A stretch of 64,000 bases of DNA from a virus (lineage: Duplodnaviria; Caudoviricetes). The notes beneath the pieces were generated by a model. The model had not been told where the DNA came from, did not search any database, and saw only the letters and a list, made by a program, of their open reading frames with translations. Of the stretch, positions 44,573 to 54,525 are shown piece after piece. The translations under genes were made by a program, and so were the position numbers. Each line of letters begins with the position of its first letter. Position 1 is the stretch's first letter. The stretch covers positions 1 through 64,000 of IMG/VR virus record IMGVR_UViG_2562617158_000001; one strand, 5' to 3'.

Positions 44573-46672
44573 ATGGCAGATAAACAACAGTTGGTATATG
44601 AGATTAATATCATTGCCAACGGTACGGATAAAATTGAGGGTGTCAAGAAGTCCCTCGAAGGTGCAAAAGACCTTGTCGATAAAATGAATAACACCAACCT
44701 CAAGATTGGTGTCAACGGTGATTTTGAGTCGAAGATGCACACGATTTCGCAGGACTTGCGTGAGGTCAGACGTGGCATTGAATTGCTGAACAAAGGTGCG
44801 ACCATTAATATTTCTGGCGTACCTCAGACAGAACAGTCGCTTCGTGCTTTAGAGAAGACCTTAGAGGATACGCTGAGAAACATCAAGGCTACTTCTTTCA
44901 ACAACGTTGCTAATGACATGGCAAAACTGCAAGAAGCCGCAAAGAAAGATAGTGATGCCATTGACAAGCTAATGAAGAAGTACGAGAGACTAACGCAGAC
45001 ATTCAATAGTGCAACGCAGAACCGCAAGGTCATTCCTGAGTCAACATGGTATAACCGCAGGGACTCTCTTGATGGTGTCATTGCAAAACTCAGGGAATAC
45101 GGCATTGTTCGTGACAACGTATACCGTAGCGAACAGTATGCCACCCATAAGTCATCCATTGAAGGATACATTCAGGCACAGAAACGCCGTTTGGAGCTAG
45201 AGAGCCAGATTGAGAAGGTCATTGATAGACAGACAGTTGCCATGGAGCGTGGCCAGCAAGTTAAAAAAGCTGACTTTGATTTATCCATGAGACAGCTACA
45301 GCAGCTCCTTGCTGAATACAACAAGCTTGGTGGAACCAAACAGTTTACATCTCCGTTCTCTGCATTTAAAACGTCCAGTGAACAGAACAAGGCTATCATG
45401 GCACAGAACGCCGAAGCATGGTCTACGGGACTCAAGACATATTCTCAGGAGCTATCACGATTGATGGCACTGCAAGAGCAGATGTACATCCTTTGGCGTC
45501 ATGATGGTACACAAGAAGCACGAGAGAACCTTAATAAGCTCGCTGAGAGTATTGCAAAAGTCCGTGCGGAACAAGAAGCCTATCAGAACTCGACAAGACC
45601 TGTGACTCAGCCCGTAGACCCGTCAACGAAATGGGCAGAGGGACTCCAATCGTATACACGTGAACTCCGTAGACTTGAAGAGGTACAACAGAAAGTCTTT
45701 GCGGCATGGAAGAGTGACCCAACGGCTGCTAATAAACTTGCATTGGATAATGTAAAGGCAAGCCTTGCGTCGGTACGAAAAGAGTATGAGGAATTCCAGA
45801 AATCCATTGGCAAAGCCGGAGCAAACATCAATAAAACCAATGGATATTTCACGTCGTTTACACAGAAGCTCCGTAGTCATCTTTATTGGATTACCGCAGG
45901 ATCGTTGCTTGGAGCTGCCTTTGCTGTACCAACGGAGACATTCAATTCTCTTGTTCAACTCGATGAAGAGATGCATAACTTGGCAACGGTAATGCCACAA
46001 CTTGAGGGACAATCCGAAGAAGCTGTCAAAAAATACCAGGCAGAGCAGCGAGAACTCATCAATACAGCCAGTGAATACGGTGCATCTGTAAAGGATGTCA
46101 TGGAATCCGCACGACTCTGGGGACGTATGTACAAAGACCAAGCAACGGTCAATACACTGGTATCACAGTCGGCTAAACTTGCAGTTGCCGATAACTTCTC
46201 TATGGCAGAGTCGACGAAAGCCGTAGAAGCCGCAATGTTCCAGTATGGACTTGTTGCGAAAAACAGTGCAGAAGCATTGGCGTATTCTAATAAGATTGTC
46301 GATGTATATACAAAACTGTCACATAATGCCGGTGTTTCCGCACAGGACCTTGCAGCAGGCGTAGAACGCTCTGGTTCTGTCGCTAAACAGGCAGGAATCT
46401 CCTTTGAATTCCTCAATGCGCTCATTGCACAGGGCACTCGTGCAACGGCATTGAGTGGTGCGGAAATCGGTAATATGCTCAAGACAATGCTTGCATCGTT
46501 CAACAGTGATAAGGCTGTGAAGGAACTCAAGAAACTCGGCATTGCAACCACAGAGACAGTCAATGGCGTGAAAAAGGTACGTTCTGCGCAGGCTGTATTG
46601 ATGGACGTTGCAGTTGCCGCGCAGGGAACTAATAAAGACCTGAAAGACCTCTGGATTCAAATGAGTGGCGGT
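44573..46672 (+). CDS. Tape measure protein, exon 1 (700 codons)
   Basis: Coiled-coil repeats and TP901-like TMP core; ends ...QMSGG at predicted 5' splice site. Confidence 0.85.
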
Positions 46673-46944
46673 AGACGATTTGCCGCATGATATAGAAATA
46701 TATCATTAGTATGTTTTAATAACGGTTAAACTCCAATGGCAGGACAAGACCGTGGTAAAACCCATAAGGGGAACCGTAGAGACTACAAATAACCGCCTTA
46801 ACATGTAATGGTGAAGGATGAATGTATAGTCCGATCTCACGATATAGCCAACAAATGAAACGTGAGAGCATGGCAGAAATGACCATGCCCGTAATTATAA
46901 GTCATGATAAATAGTCATGGCTTATTTTTATGAGTAACAACATG
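46673..46944 (+). mobile_element. Group I self-splicing intron (272 nt, no ORF)
   Basis: P1 GCGGT/GCCGC with U-G at splice site; P3 CGGTTA/TAACCG; P7 GACTA/TAGTC; GAACCGTAGAGACTAC and TATAGTCCGA cores; terminal G; splicing restores frame. Confidence 0.9.
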
Positions 46945-49900
46945 AAATTCCAGTGGGCAAAAGCAGCAGCAATGTTCAGTAACTATCAGGAAATCATCAA
47001 GAACTGGGGTCTCGCCGTAAACTCCATGGGATTTACTGATAATCAGGTAAAGAACCAGATGGATTCTCTGTCTCGCCGTATCAACAAACTCAAGGCTGAC
47101 TTGACTGGCTTGGTTGCACAGGGTGGTAATAGCGGCTTAACGCAGTGGCTCAAGGAATGTGTCACGGAATTAGACAACCTCGCTAAGTTCTTATCGACAG
47201 TCAGCACATCTACATATCATTTCATTGGCAGCTTCACGAAGTTGCTCATGATTATGTATCTTGTAAATAAGGCAACGAGACTCCTGCGAACGTCATTGAA
47301 TATGATTACAACTAGTGGTGCAACAGCGACGATTACTAGTATGTCTACGGCATTTGCATCGGCTACAACCACAGCAGAGGGACTGAGGGCTGCTATCATT
47401 GCACTGAGGCACTCCATTAATCTTCTGAAAGCCGCTGCAACGGTTGGTGTATCCATTGCGATTGACCTTGGGCTTGAAGCACTGACAGATTATATCGACA
47501 ACACAACTAATGCCGTAGAAAAACAGACGGAAGCCGTGTCTAACGATATGGCTGTAAAGCGTCAACAGATTGAGATGTATAACCAACAAGAGGATTTCCT
47601 TGACGCATTGTTTGTTGCCCATCAAAAACTCACAGCTGAAATTGAGAGTTCTACAGTTAGCGACGAGAAGAAAAAGAAGTTACTTGAAGATCGTATTGAA
47701 ACAGAGAACCAGATGGCAAATGTTGTTGGGGGGTCTGCAGTACAACAGATGCAAGCCGATAACTGGACGGATGCATCAACCAAAAAGGTAAGGGACAACT
47801 ATGTAAATGCAACGGAAGCTAAGAAAAAATCCTTGGCGCAATTCTTGTCGGCAAAACAACAAGAAGCAGTTAAAAACTATAGAATTGCCACGGAGAACAT
47901 GCAGAATTGGAAAGAAGAAACTGACCAATTTTGTAGGGCAACTGGCGACAAGATTAATGCACTACACGCATATGTATCTGCACAGGAATTAGTTGCCACG
48001 GTCGAGGAAAAGGTTCATCAATTACAAAAATCAAGTGCAGAACAAGGTCTTGAGAACTTCAAGCAGAAACAATATGAACTCAGTCAACTACAAAATGACC
48101 CAAACCATGAATGGACAAGTAGTGACCAAGAGGCATTAGATAATGCTAATCGCATGGTCAGCCGATTGAATGGCGATGTTGATAGACTAAACAAAGAAAT
48201 ATATAATGATAGACATACTATTCAATGGGAGCAGACAGGCGCGGAACTTGCAAAGGAAGAAGAAGCCGCAAGGAAAGCCTTTATGGATATAGGTGGAGCT
48301 AATCTTGTTAATCCTGGTGGCGTCATGAGTCCTGATGACTTTCTACAAAAGTGGGGTTCAGGAGAAGGCGCAGGTGGCGACGAGTATAACCATACACCAA
48401 CCAGTAAGCAACACCATGAGCGCAAGAAGAAGGACCCGAATTATGTCAAGGAAGACTGGCAGTATGGAGACACGACTTCCCAGATGTTTGCAGAGCTGTC
48501 CAAGAAATTCGAGTCGAAGTTCGATACAAAGAATGGCCTTGATATGGCTACGTTGTCTGCTATCGTCACGAAATTGACTGGTATCAACACTTTGGACTTT
48601 GACGGGGTGTCTGACCCATTCGGTACTGGTGGACGCAATACATGGGAATCTGGACGTTTGTTTTATCAGAAGATGGCTCCGTATTTAGCACAGGGGCTCA
48701 GTGTGCCCCAAGCACTTGGCCATCTGACTCCTGGTATCACCGACGAGGAATGGAAGACATGGCTCGATGATAAAGCACTGTATCTCCGTAACAAATACAA
48801 TTACACCAAGAATGACCAGAGATTCAGTGACCCTAATGAGCAATCAGGGGGACTCTATGACCTCGGTGGTGCACCTACGTCTGGTGGAGGAGACGAAGAC
48901 TATGTCGGCAATGATGTTGATGAAGGCCACTTATGGGAACTTGCAGTCATAGCGGCTAATCAGGCAAAGGTTGTAAAGGACCCATTGTATTATTGGCTTA
49001 TCATGATGCATGAGTCTGGACGAGGTAAAGACGGTACATCTGTAGCAAATCATAACTTCGCTGGTCTTGGTGGCGGTTCAGGAGTTGACATGCAGACCGA
49101 TGCTAATTTTGCGAGCACTTTCGCTAGAACGCTCGATGGAATGTTTACGTCTGCACCGAACAATATTGGAGAACTTGTCTATGGCATGTATACTCATGGC
49201 TATTTCACAGGTGATGCTGAAGCATATCAGTCTGACCTTGAGGGGATTAAGAATGAAGGTCTCGTTAGCGGTGGCAACAACCAGGGCACTGGTGTATCGT
49301 CTGCACCCATTGGAGATGCTGTATATGACGAAGCATTAAAAGAGTCCGCAGAACGCAAAGGACAAGCCCTTGGCGCAAACACATGCGCTGCCTTTGTTTC
49401 TTATGTCACTCGCGGTATCGGTGCAAACACAGGTATTGATGACCCATTAGTTAAGAATTGGGTTGATAAGGCTCAAGCGAATGGCGCATGGGTTGATTCT
49501 TCTAGTGGACAGACAGCTCCTAAAGGCTCGTTGGTTGTATGGAGCCGCGAAGGAGAACAGGATGGTAATCCGTGGATGCATATTGGTATTTCCGATGGCC
49601 AAGGCGGTTGGATTTCTTCGGATACACACGGACTCAAGCATCACACTGGCCTTGATTCCTACTATAGTGGGAATGGATATAACTATGCTGGTTATATTGA
49701 TATGGCAAAGTTAACTGGCGGACAGACTGTATCTGGGTATGCGACTCCAAGAAAGCCCTCCTTCTGGAATGGCCATAAGAGTTCCCTTGCTGACTTCACG
49801 AGAGACCAGATTGCAGAGACCATCTATGACCAAGACCGTCAGCAGAAACTCTATGAGGCTCGTAAGAAGAACTTTGAGTATCAGATGAAGATTCACGGTG

Positions 49901-51852
49901 AGACCTATGCATTACTTCGTGCTAACGATGCAAACGAGAAAGCATACTATGAAGCCTTAGAGAAGAACCGCAAGGGCTGGGCTGATAAATACGATGAACT
50001 CACAGATGCTATCTCTCAGAATCTTAATGAACACGTAGAAATCAAGCAGAAGCTCGACGGCAAGAATATCTTTGATATGCCACAGGATGAGCTGAATAAG
50101 CTCTTAGACCTGTCCAAAGGCGATGACCCAGAGCTTAAGCAACTCGTTGACAATCTGTTCAAGGTACGTGAACGACTCAGTAATACCGATAGTAAACTCG
50201 TTGAAGCCCGTACTGCTGAGAAGATTCGCAACGGTTATATGAACCCTGAACAAGATGAGGATTATAGGCTCAAACGTCTGGACAAATGGTATAACCGTAC
50301 AACGGCCAATAAGACAGATGGAGAGAAGTATACGGATACTCATGAGTATTACCAAGCACAGCTTGAAATTTATGAGGAACGCCGTGCACGCCAAACGAAA
50401 AAGCTCATGGACATTCGTAGACGTGACCAAGAGCAGCTTGAAGACTACTATAACCAGATTGATGAGCTAGAGCATGGCAAGAGGAATGAAAAGGGCGAAG
50501 TCACACAGAAGGGACTTGACCAGTACAATGGTGATTCTTCAGATGAAGCCAAGGATAAGATTGCAGAGCTCAAGGCTAAAATCAAGGACCTCAAGGAGAA
50601 CACCGACCAACTTGCAAAGCATGGCAGTGAGAATTTCCAGAAAGTACAGAAGGAAGTCGAAGATACCGAAGCGAAAATCCGTGAGATCGCTGAGAAAGAC
50701 AATGAAGTCACGAAGAATCTCTGGGATACCATTGAGAATGATATTGATGATATGTTCTTCGATATTATCAAGCAGGGTGGTTCGTTCAAAGAGTCTTGGA
50801 AAAAGCTCTGGGATGACGTTGCCAAGATTGCATTGCAACAAATCATGCGCATGACGGTCAACAAATGGCTGTTCAAGATGCGCACGACGATTGACGATGC
50901 GATTGACAATAGGAATGCAGGGAAAAACGCTGCTATCAATGCAGGCGTCGGGCTTGCATCGAGGTTCACAACATCGCCAAAGAGATGGAATCAGGTTGCT
51001 ACTGGTAATCGTTATCTTGATATGGCGAATGGCGTAACGAATGGCAACTTCTTCCCCATGAAATCCAGTGGTGCTTCTGATAAACTTGCGACGAATATCA
51101 ATAAGTCCGTGCAGGCCACCAGTAAGCTCAGTAACGTCACACAAAAAGCAACTGCGCTTACCAACGTGTCGAATACATTGACGCAGACAGCAACTGCAAA
51201 GGGTGCATTGAATACTTCGGCTACCACAGCGCAGACTATGGCAACTCAGGCTAATACTTTGGCAATGCAGGCTAATACCGAGGCAAGGATAATGGCAGGA
51301 ACCCCAATTACTCAGTTTGCCAATGGTGGCTCTATTTCCTCTCGTCTGCTTACCGCAGCATATGCTAATGGCGGCTCTATTCCAGGCTATGCAAGCGCAG
51401 GGCTTATCCGTGGAGCAGGCACAGGGAAATCCGATAGTATTCTTGCGTATCTTGCCAATAAGGATAAGTTTGTATACCTCTCTAATGGCGAATACGTCAT
51501 GACGGAAGAAGCAACGAATCGCATCGGAAAAGACAATTTAGATGCCATGAATTACGGTAAATTTGCCGATGGCGGTGCGTTGAATCCAACTCCTTATGTC
51601 CCACAAATTTCCCCTAGAATTGCAAGGAGAATTGAGAATATCACACCGAATAATCCTAATGCACGCATGGAAAAACTCATGCAGGAGCAGACGGATACCA
51701 TTCGGAATATGGGTAATTCCGATGGTTCTGGCAATGTGATTGTGTTGAATACACACGCATCTAGTGATGATGTTTTAAATGCAATCCAGAAGAATCCAAG
51801 GGCATTCCAGGCTATCACACAAAGACAGAAACGTCACGGTTTCCGTAGTTAA
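46945..51852 (+). CDS. Tape measure protein, exon 2, with peptidoglycan hydrolase domains
   Basis: Begins KFQWAKAAAMF; HESG..NHNFAGL lysozyme/glucosaminidase-like; TCAAFVS..HIGIS NlpC/CHAP-like; GAGTGKSDSI..LSNGEYV C-term. Confidence 0.88.
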   Translation, partial: KFQWAKAAAMFSNYQEIIKNWGLAVNSMGFTDNQVKNQMDSLSRRINKLKADLTGLVAQGGNSGLTQWLKECVTELDNLAKFLSTVSTSTYHFIGSFTKLLMIMYLVNKATRLLRTSLNMITTSGATATITSMSTAFASATTTAEGLRAAIIALRHSINLLKAAATVGVSIAIDLGLEALTDYIDNTTNAVEKQTEAVSNDMAVKRQQIEMYNQQEDFLDALFVAHQKLTAEIESSTVSDEKKKKLLEDRIETENQMANVVGGSAVQQMQADNWTDASTKKVRDNYVNATEAKKKSLAQFLSAKQQEAVKNYRIATENMQNWKEETDQFCRATGDKINALHAYVSAQELVATVEEKVHQLQKSSAEQGLENFKQKQYELSQLQNDPNHEWTSSDQEALDNANRMVSRLNGDVDRLNKEIYNDRHTIQWEQTGAELAKEEEAARKAFMDIGGANLVNPGGVMSPDDFLQKWGSGEGAGGDEYNHTPTSKQHHERKKKDPNYVKEDWQYGDTTSQMFAELSKKFESKFDTKNGLDMATLSAIVTKLTGINTLDFDGVSDPFGTGGRNTWESGRLFYQKMAPYLAQGLSVPQALGHLTPGITDEEWKTWLDDKALYLRNKYNYTKNDQRFSDPNEQSGGLYDLGGAPTSGGGDEDYVGNDVDEGHLWELAVIAANQAKVVKDPLYYWLIMMHESGRGKDGTSVANHNFAGLGGGSGVDMQTDANFASTFARTLDGMFTSAPNNIGELVYGMYTHGYFTGDAEAYQSDLEGIKNEGLVSGGNNQGTGVSSAPIGDAVYDEALKESAERKGQALGANTCAAFVSYVTRGIGANTGIDDPLVKNWVDKAQANGAWVDSSSGQTAPKGSLVVWSREGEQDGNPWMHIGISDGQGGWISSDTHGLKHHTGLDSYYSGNGYNYAGYIDMAKLTGGQTVSGYATPRKPSFWNGHKSSLADFTRDQIAETIYDQDRQQKLYEARKKNFEYQMKIHGETYALLRANDANEKAYYEALEKNRKGWADKYDELTDAISQNLNEHVEIKQKLDGKNIFDMPQDELNKLLDLSKGDDPELKQLVDNLFKVRERLSNTDSKLVEARTAEKIRNGYMNPEQDEDYRLKRLDKWYNRTTANKTDGEKYTDTHEYYQAQLEIYEERRARQTKKLMDIRRRDQEQLEDYYNQIDELEHGKRNEKGEVTQKGLDQYNGDSSDEAKDKIAELKAKIKDLKENTDQLAKHGSENFQKVQKEVEDTEAKIREIAEKDNEVTKNLWDTIENDIDDMFFDIIKQGGSFKESWKKLWDDVAKIALQQIMRMTVNKWLFKMRTTIDDAIDNRNAGKNAAINAGVGLASRFTTSPKRWNQVATGNRYLDMANGVTNGNFFPMKSSGASDKLATNINKSVQATSKLSNVTQKATALTNVSNTLTQTATAKGALNTSATTAQTMATQANTLAMQANTEARIMAGTPITQFANGGSISSRLLTAAYANGGSIPGYASAGLIRGAGTGKSDSILAYLANKDKFVYLSNGEYVMTEEATNRIGKDNLDAMNYGKFADGGALNPTPYVPQISPRIARRIENITPNNPNARMEKLMQEQTDTIRNMGNSDGSGNVIVLNTHASSDDVLNAIQKNPRAFQAITQRQKRHGFRS

Positions 51853-52048
51853 GATACTATAGCATGTATGCATAGGAGCTATATGTTTCTATGCATATTT
51901 CTATGGTATCTTGAAATAAATGTCCATCGGTAGTGTACAAAATATGCTGAGAAAACACATAGAAAAGGCATATGGGCGCATTAAATATGGCAAAAATAGA
52001 ACATGCTTTAGAACGATAAGTAAAACTTTGATTAAACTTTCAAGATTT

Positions 52049-52089
52049 ACCGAACAATATGCCCGAAAAAAGACATTATATATAGAGGG
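52049..52089 (+). promoter_or_regulatory. Phage-specific promoter-like motif, copy 3
   Basis: ACCGAACAA-N15-ACATTATATATAGAGGG. Confidence 0.65.
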
Positions 52090-52262
52090 ACAAATAAAGA
52101 GGGTATCATTGGATATACATTGAAACTCCATACAGACTTCGTGAACAACAATGGATGAAGCCTTAGAGATTTGACTTTGGTCCTTCCATTGAGATTCACG
52201 ATAAGCTATGAGAGTAATGAATGGATACTGAATGGTTTTGACATTCTCCTGTTTATAAAATC

Positions 52263-52470
52263 ATTTGCGATAGCAAATATTTACGAAGTAAATCCTTCAA
52301 GGAGATAACATTGAAAGCATTGTCCTTAAAGAAGCTATTGAGTAGTAGTTGAAATACTATGAGATATATCTCATAGACAAACAACGAAAATTCAATAGCT
52401 TCTTTTTGTACAATGAATCAAATATATCTCTTTGATTTGATTTGCTTACGCAAATACTTACTTCGTAAGT
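52263..52470. repeat. Two oppositely oriented mini-hairpin pairs
   Basis: ATTTGC-GATA-GCAAAT + ATTTAC-GAA-GTAAAT (+, 52263-52293); ACTTAC-GAA-GTAAGT + ATTTGC-GTAA-GCAAAT (-, 52440-52470). Confidence 0.8.
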
Positions 52471-52616
52471 GATTTGTTTAATCAAGACAAGCATGTCCCT
52501 CCCATTCAAATAACATGAATATCATTGATGACAATGGATAGAACCTTAGTATTAAACCTTGGTTCCTCCATTGAATACAATGAATACCATGAAATACCAA
52601 TGAAAGGAGGTATGGA

Positions 52617-53309
52617 ATGGCCATTGATACATTCACACTGATTCCTTATGGAAAAGTCAAAATATCATATGCATGGTCATCCGATGAATATGAATCGGAG
52701 AATGGTACGAAACTCTATCGTCGCAAACGTATCCATGCAAAGAAAACATATAGCTTCACTATACAGGGCATCCGTGAAGACATGGATAAACTCATGGATT
52801 TTTACAATGCACATCATGGGCAGCTCGATCCATTCTTCTTTGAGTACGACGGAATCAAGGACTTGTGCTATTTCTCTAGTACACTTGCCGTAAAACAGAC
52901 CGTAGCAATGAAAGAGATTCAGATGTTTTCCTGTGATGTTGCATTGGAAGTCAAAGCACAGTCCGTGTCTTATCCCGATGCATCAACCGATGATATATTG
53001 CCATCGCCATACAAGGACTTCACGCGGACGATTGACTGGAACGTCCAAGTGCTTGAAATGGGTGCTACGGATAGACGTGCGAAGTCCGATAGGAAGCACG
53101 AAAAGCTCAATGCAACATGGAGCGGACTGAAACCAGAGAGGGATACGATGATAAATCTATTCAATTCTCATTGTCGTGTTCCGTTAAAGATGGAGTATGA
53201 CCATAATACAATCTCTGTGATTCTCCCAGATACAATGGAAATCACGGATTATCGTGAAGGACACAATATCGTTGGCTATGAGTGCCAGATGGAGGTGACA
53301 ATCGTCTAA
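52617..53309 (+). CDS. Distal tail protein-like (internally duplicated)
   Basis: After TMP; two similar halves (R..K...TW....D.L..FFN.H). Confidence 0.7.
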   Translation: MAIDTFTLIPYGKVKISYAWSSDEYESENGTKLYRRKRIHAKKTYSFTIQGIREDMDKLMDFYNAHHGQLDPFFFEYDGIKDLCYFSSTLAVKQTVAMKEIQMFSCDVALEVKAQSVSYPDASTDDILPSPYKDFTRTIDWNVQVLEMGATDRRAKSDRKHEKLNATWSGLKPERDTMINLFNSHCRVPLKMEYDHNTISVILPDTMEITDYREGHNIVGYECQMEVTIV

Positions 53310-53725
53310 TGGAAAACGTGAATAAATACATCGGGATTCCGCACTACTTCGGTGAGTCCTCATTCAAAAAATGTGACTGCATTGGTTTGTGCCGTTTATT
53401 CTATCGCAACCACGGATGGAGCCATCCGATTGAAGATGGGAAACCTGTAGACAAAGACCATTTTTCCGAACCATCAGTTTGGCGCAGATTGTATAAATAT
53501 TGCCTACTCAATATGACTCAGGTGTTTTATGATGAACTGTCCTTTGGTGACTTTGTCATCTTCAAGATAGATGGTGATTTGCACACGGGAATCTATCTTG
53601 GGTATGGTGATTTGTTATCCATGCAGGTTCCAACGGTATACGGTGCGTCCACATCGACAATCTATCATCGTGCATGGTGGACACCGTTCTTCAAGTATGC
53701 ATTTCGCAAGGAGGGATTATTTTGA
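53309..53725 (+). CDS. NlpC/P60-family tail peptidase
   Basis: YIGIP, CDCIGL, GDFVIF, HTGIYLG. Confidence 0.85.
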   Translation: MENVNKYIGIPHYFGESSFKKCDCIGLCRLFYRNHGWSHPIEDGKPVDKDHFSEPSVWRRLYKYCLLNMTQVFYDELSFGDFVIFKIDGDLHTGIYLGYGDLLSMQVPTVYGASTSTIYHRAWWTPFFKYAFRKEGLF

Positions 53726-54513
53726 TAACGTTACCAGTCTCTATGGCAAAGGCAAAGGAATCTGGTAATCCATTTTTCATTGAATTATATATCTTGCAGC
53801 TCCGCGATGGCGTCATGCGTATTGCTGCGACAGACGAGAATGTTCTGTTCAACAACGAGGAGTACACAGCAGTCCCATTTCAGCGTGGAGAAATCACGAC
53901 AAGCATGGATAATCTCACGGACTCCTGTGAGGTATCTCTTGGTGACTGTACCTATGAGGCTCTGCGGTATGTCATGGAGGGCTTCGACTTCCGTGGCTGT
54001 AATGCTATCATCTTCCGCATCCAGTATCCAGACTCATTGAAGGACCCGACGATCTTCCAACCAGTCTTTGCAGGATACATTGATGAACCATCGTACACCA
54101 ATGGTGAGTTCACATGCAAGGTCAAGAGCAGGCTCCCTGAGATTGAATGTCCGAACCGTGACTTCCGCCTTGCTTGTAACAGTGAGTTTGGCGATGAAGA
54201 GTGTGGCATGAGTCTTGCAGAAGAAACCATGACTGTCCAGAGCGTATCTTCGAATAACGTGACACTCGACAAGAGTCACGCAGACAACTATTGGAAAGAC
54301 GGTGTGATTACCGTTGGGGGCGAGTCGAGAATCGTTGTACAGTCCTCTGGCAATACCGTGACACTCAATGTCAATTTCGTGCAGGATATCACAGGACATT
54401 CCGCAACGTTACGCAGAGGTTGCAATAAGACCGTCGATATGTGTCGCGCGTATAACAACATGAAACACTTCAGTGGATTCCCTGCAATTCCATTTGAAAA
54501 TAGTTACCATTAA
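53722..54513 (+). CDS. Baseplate hub / minor tail L-like protein
   Basis: ACNSEFGDEECG, GCNKT..C..YNN..HFSGFP; TTG start after GGAGGG. Confidence 0.8.
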   Translation: MITLPVSMAKAKESGNPFFIELYILQLRDGVMRIAATDENVLFNNEEYTAVPFQRGEITTSMDNLTDSCEVSLGDCTYEALRYVMEGFDFRGCNAIIFRIQYPDSLKDPTIFQPVFAGYIDEPSYTNGEFTCKVKSRLPEIECPNRDFRLACNSEFGDEECGMSLAEETMTVQSVSSNNVTLDKSHADNYWKDGVITVGGESRIVVQSSGNTVTLNVNFVQDITGHSATLRRGCNKTVDMCRAYNNMKHFSGFPAIPFENSYH

Positions 54514-54525
54514 GGAGGTGAGCAA

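Noticed and set aside
44573-51852. TMP as a pseudogene or two separate genes
   Set aside because: The gap has complete group I intron signatures and splicing restores the frame
51920-52123. Small ORFs between TMP and Dit
   Set aside because: No RBS, they overlap the conserved promoter motif, and are likely chance ORFs in AT-rich DNA
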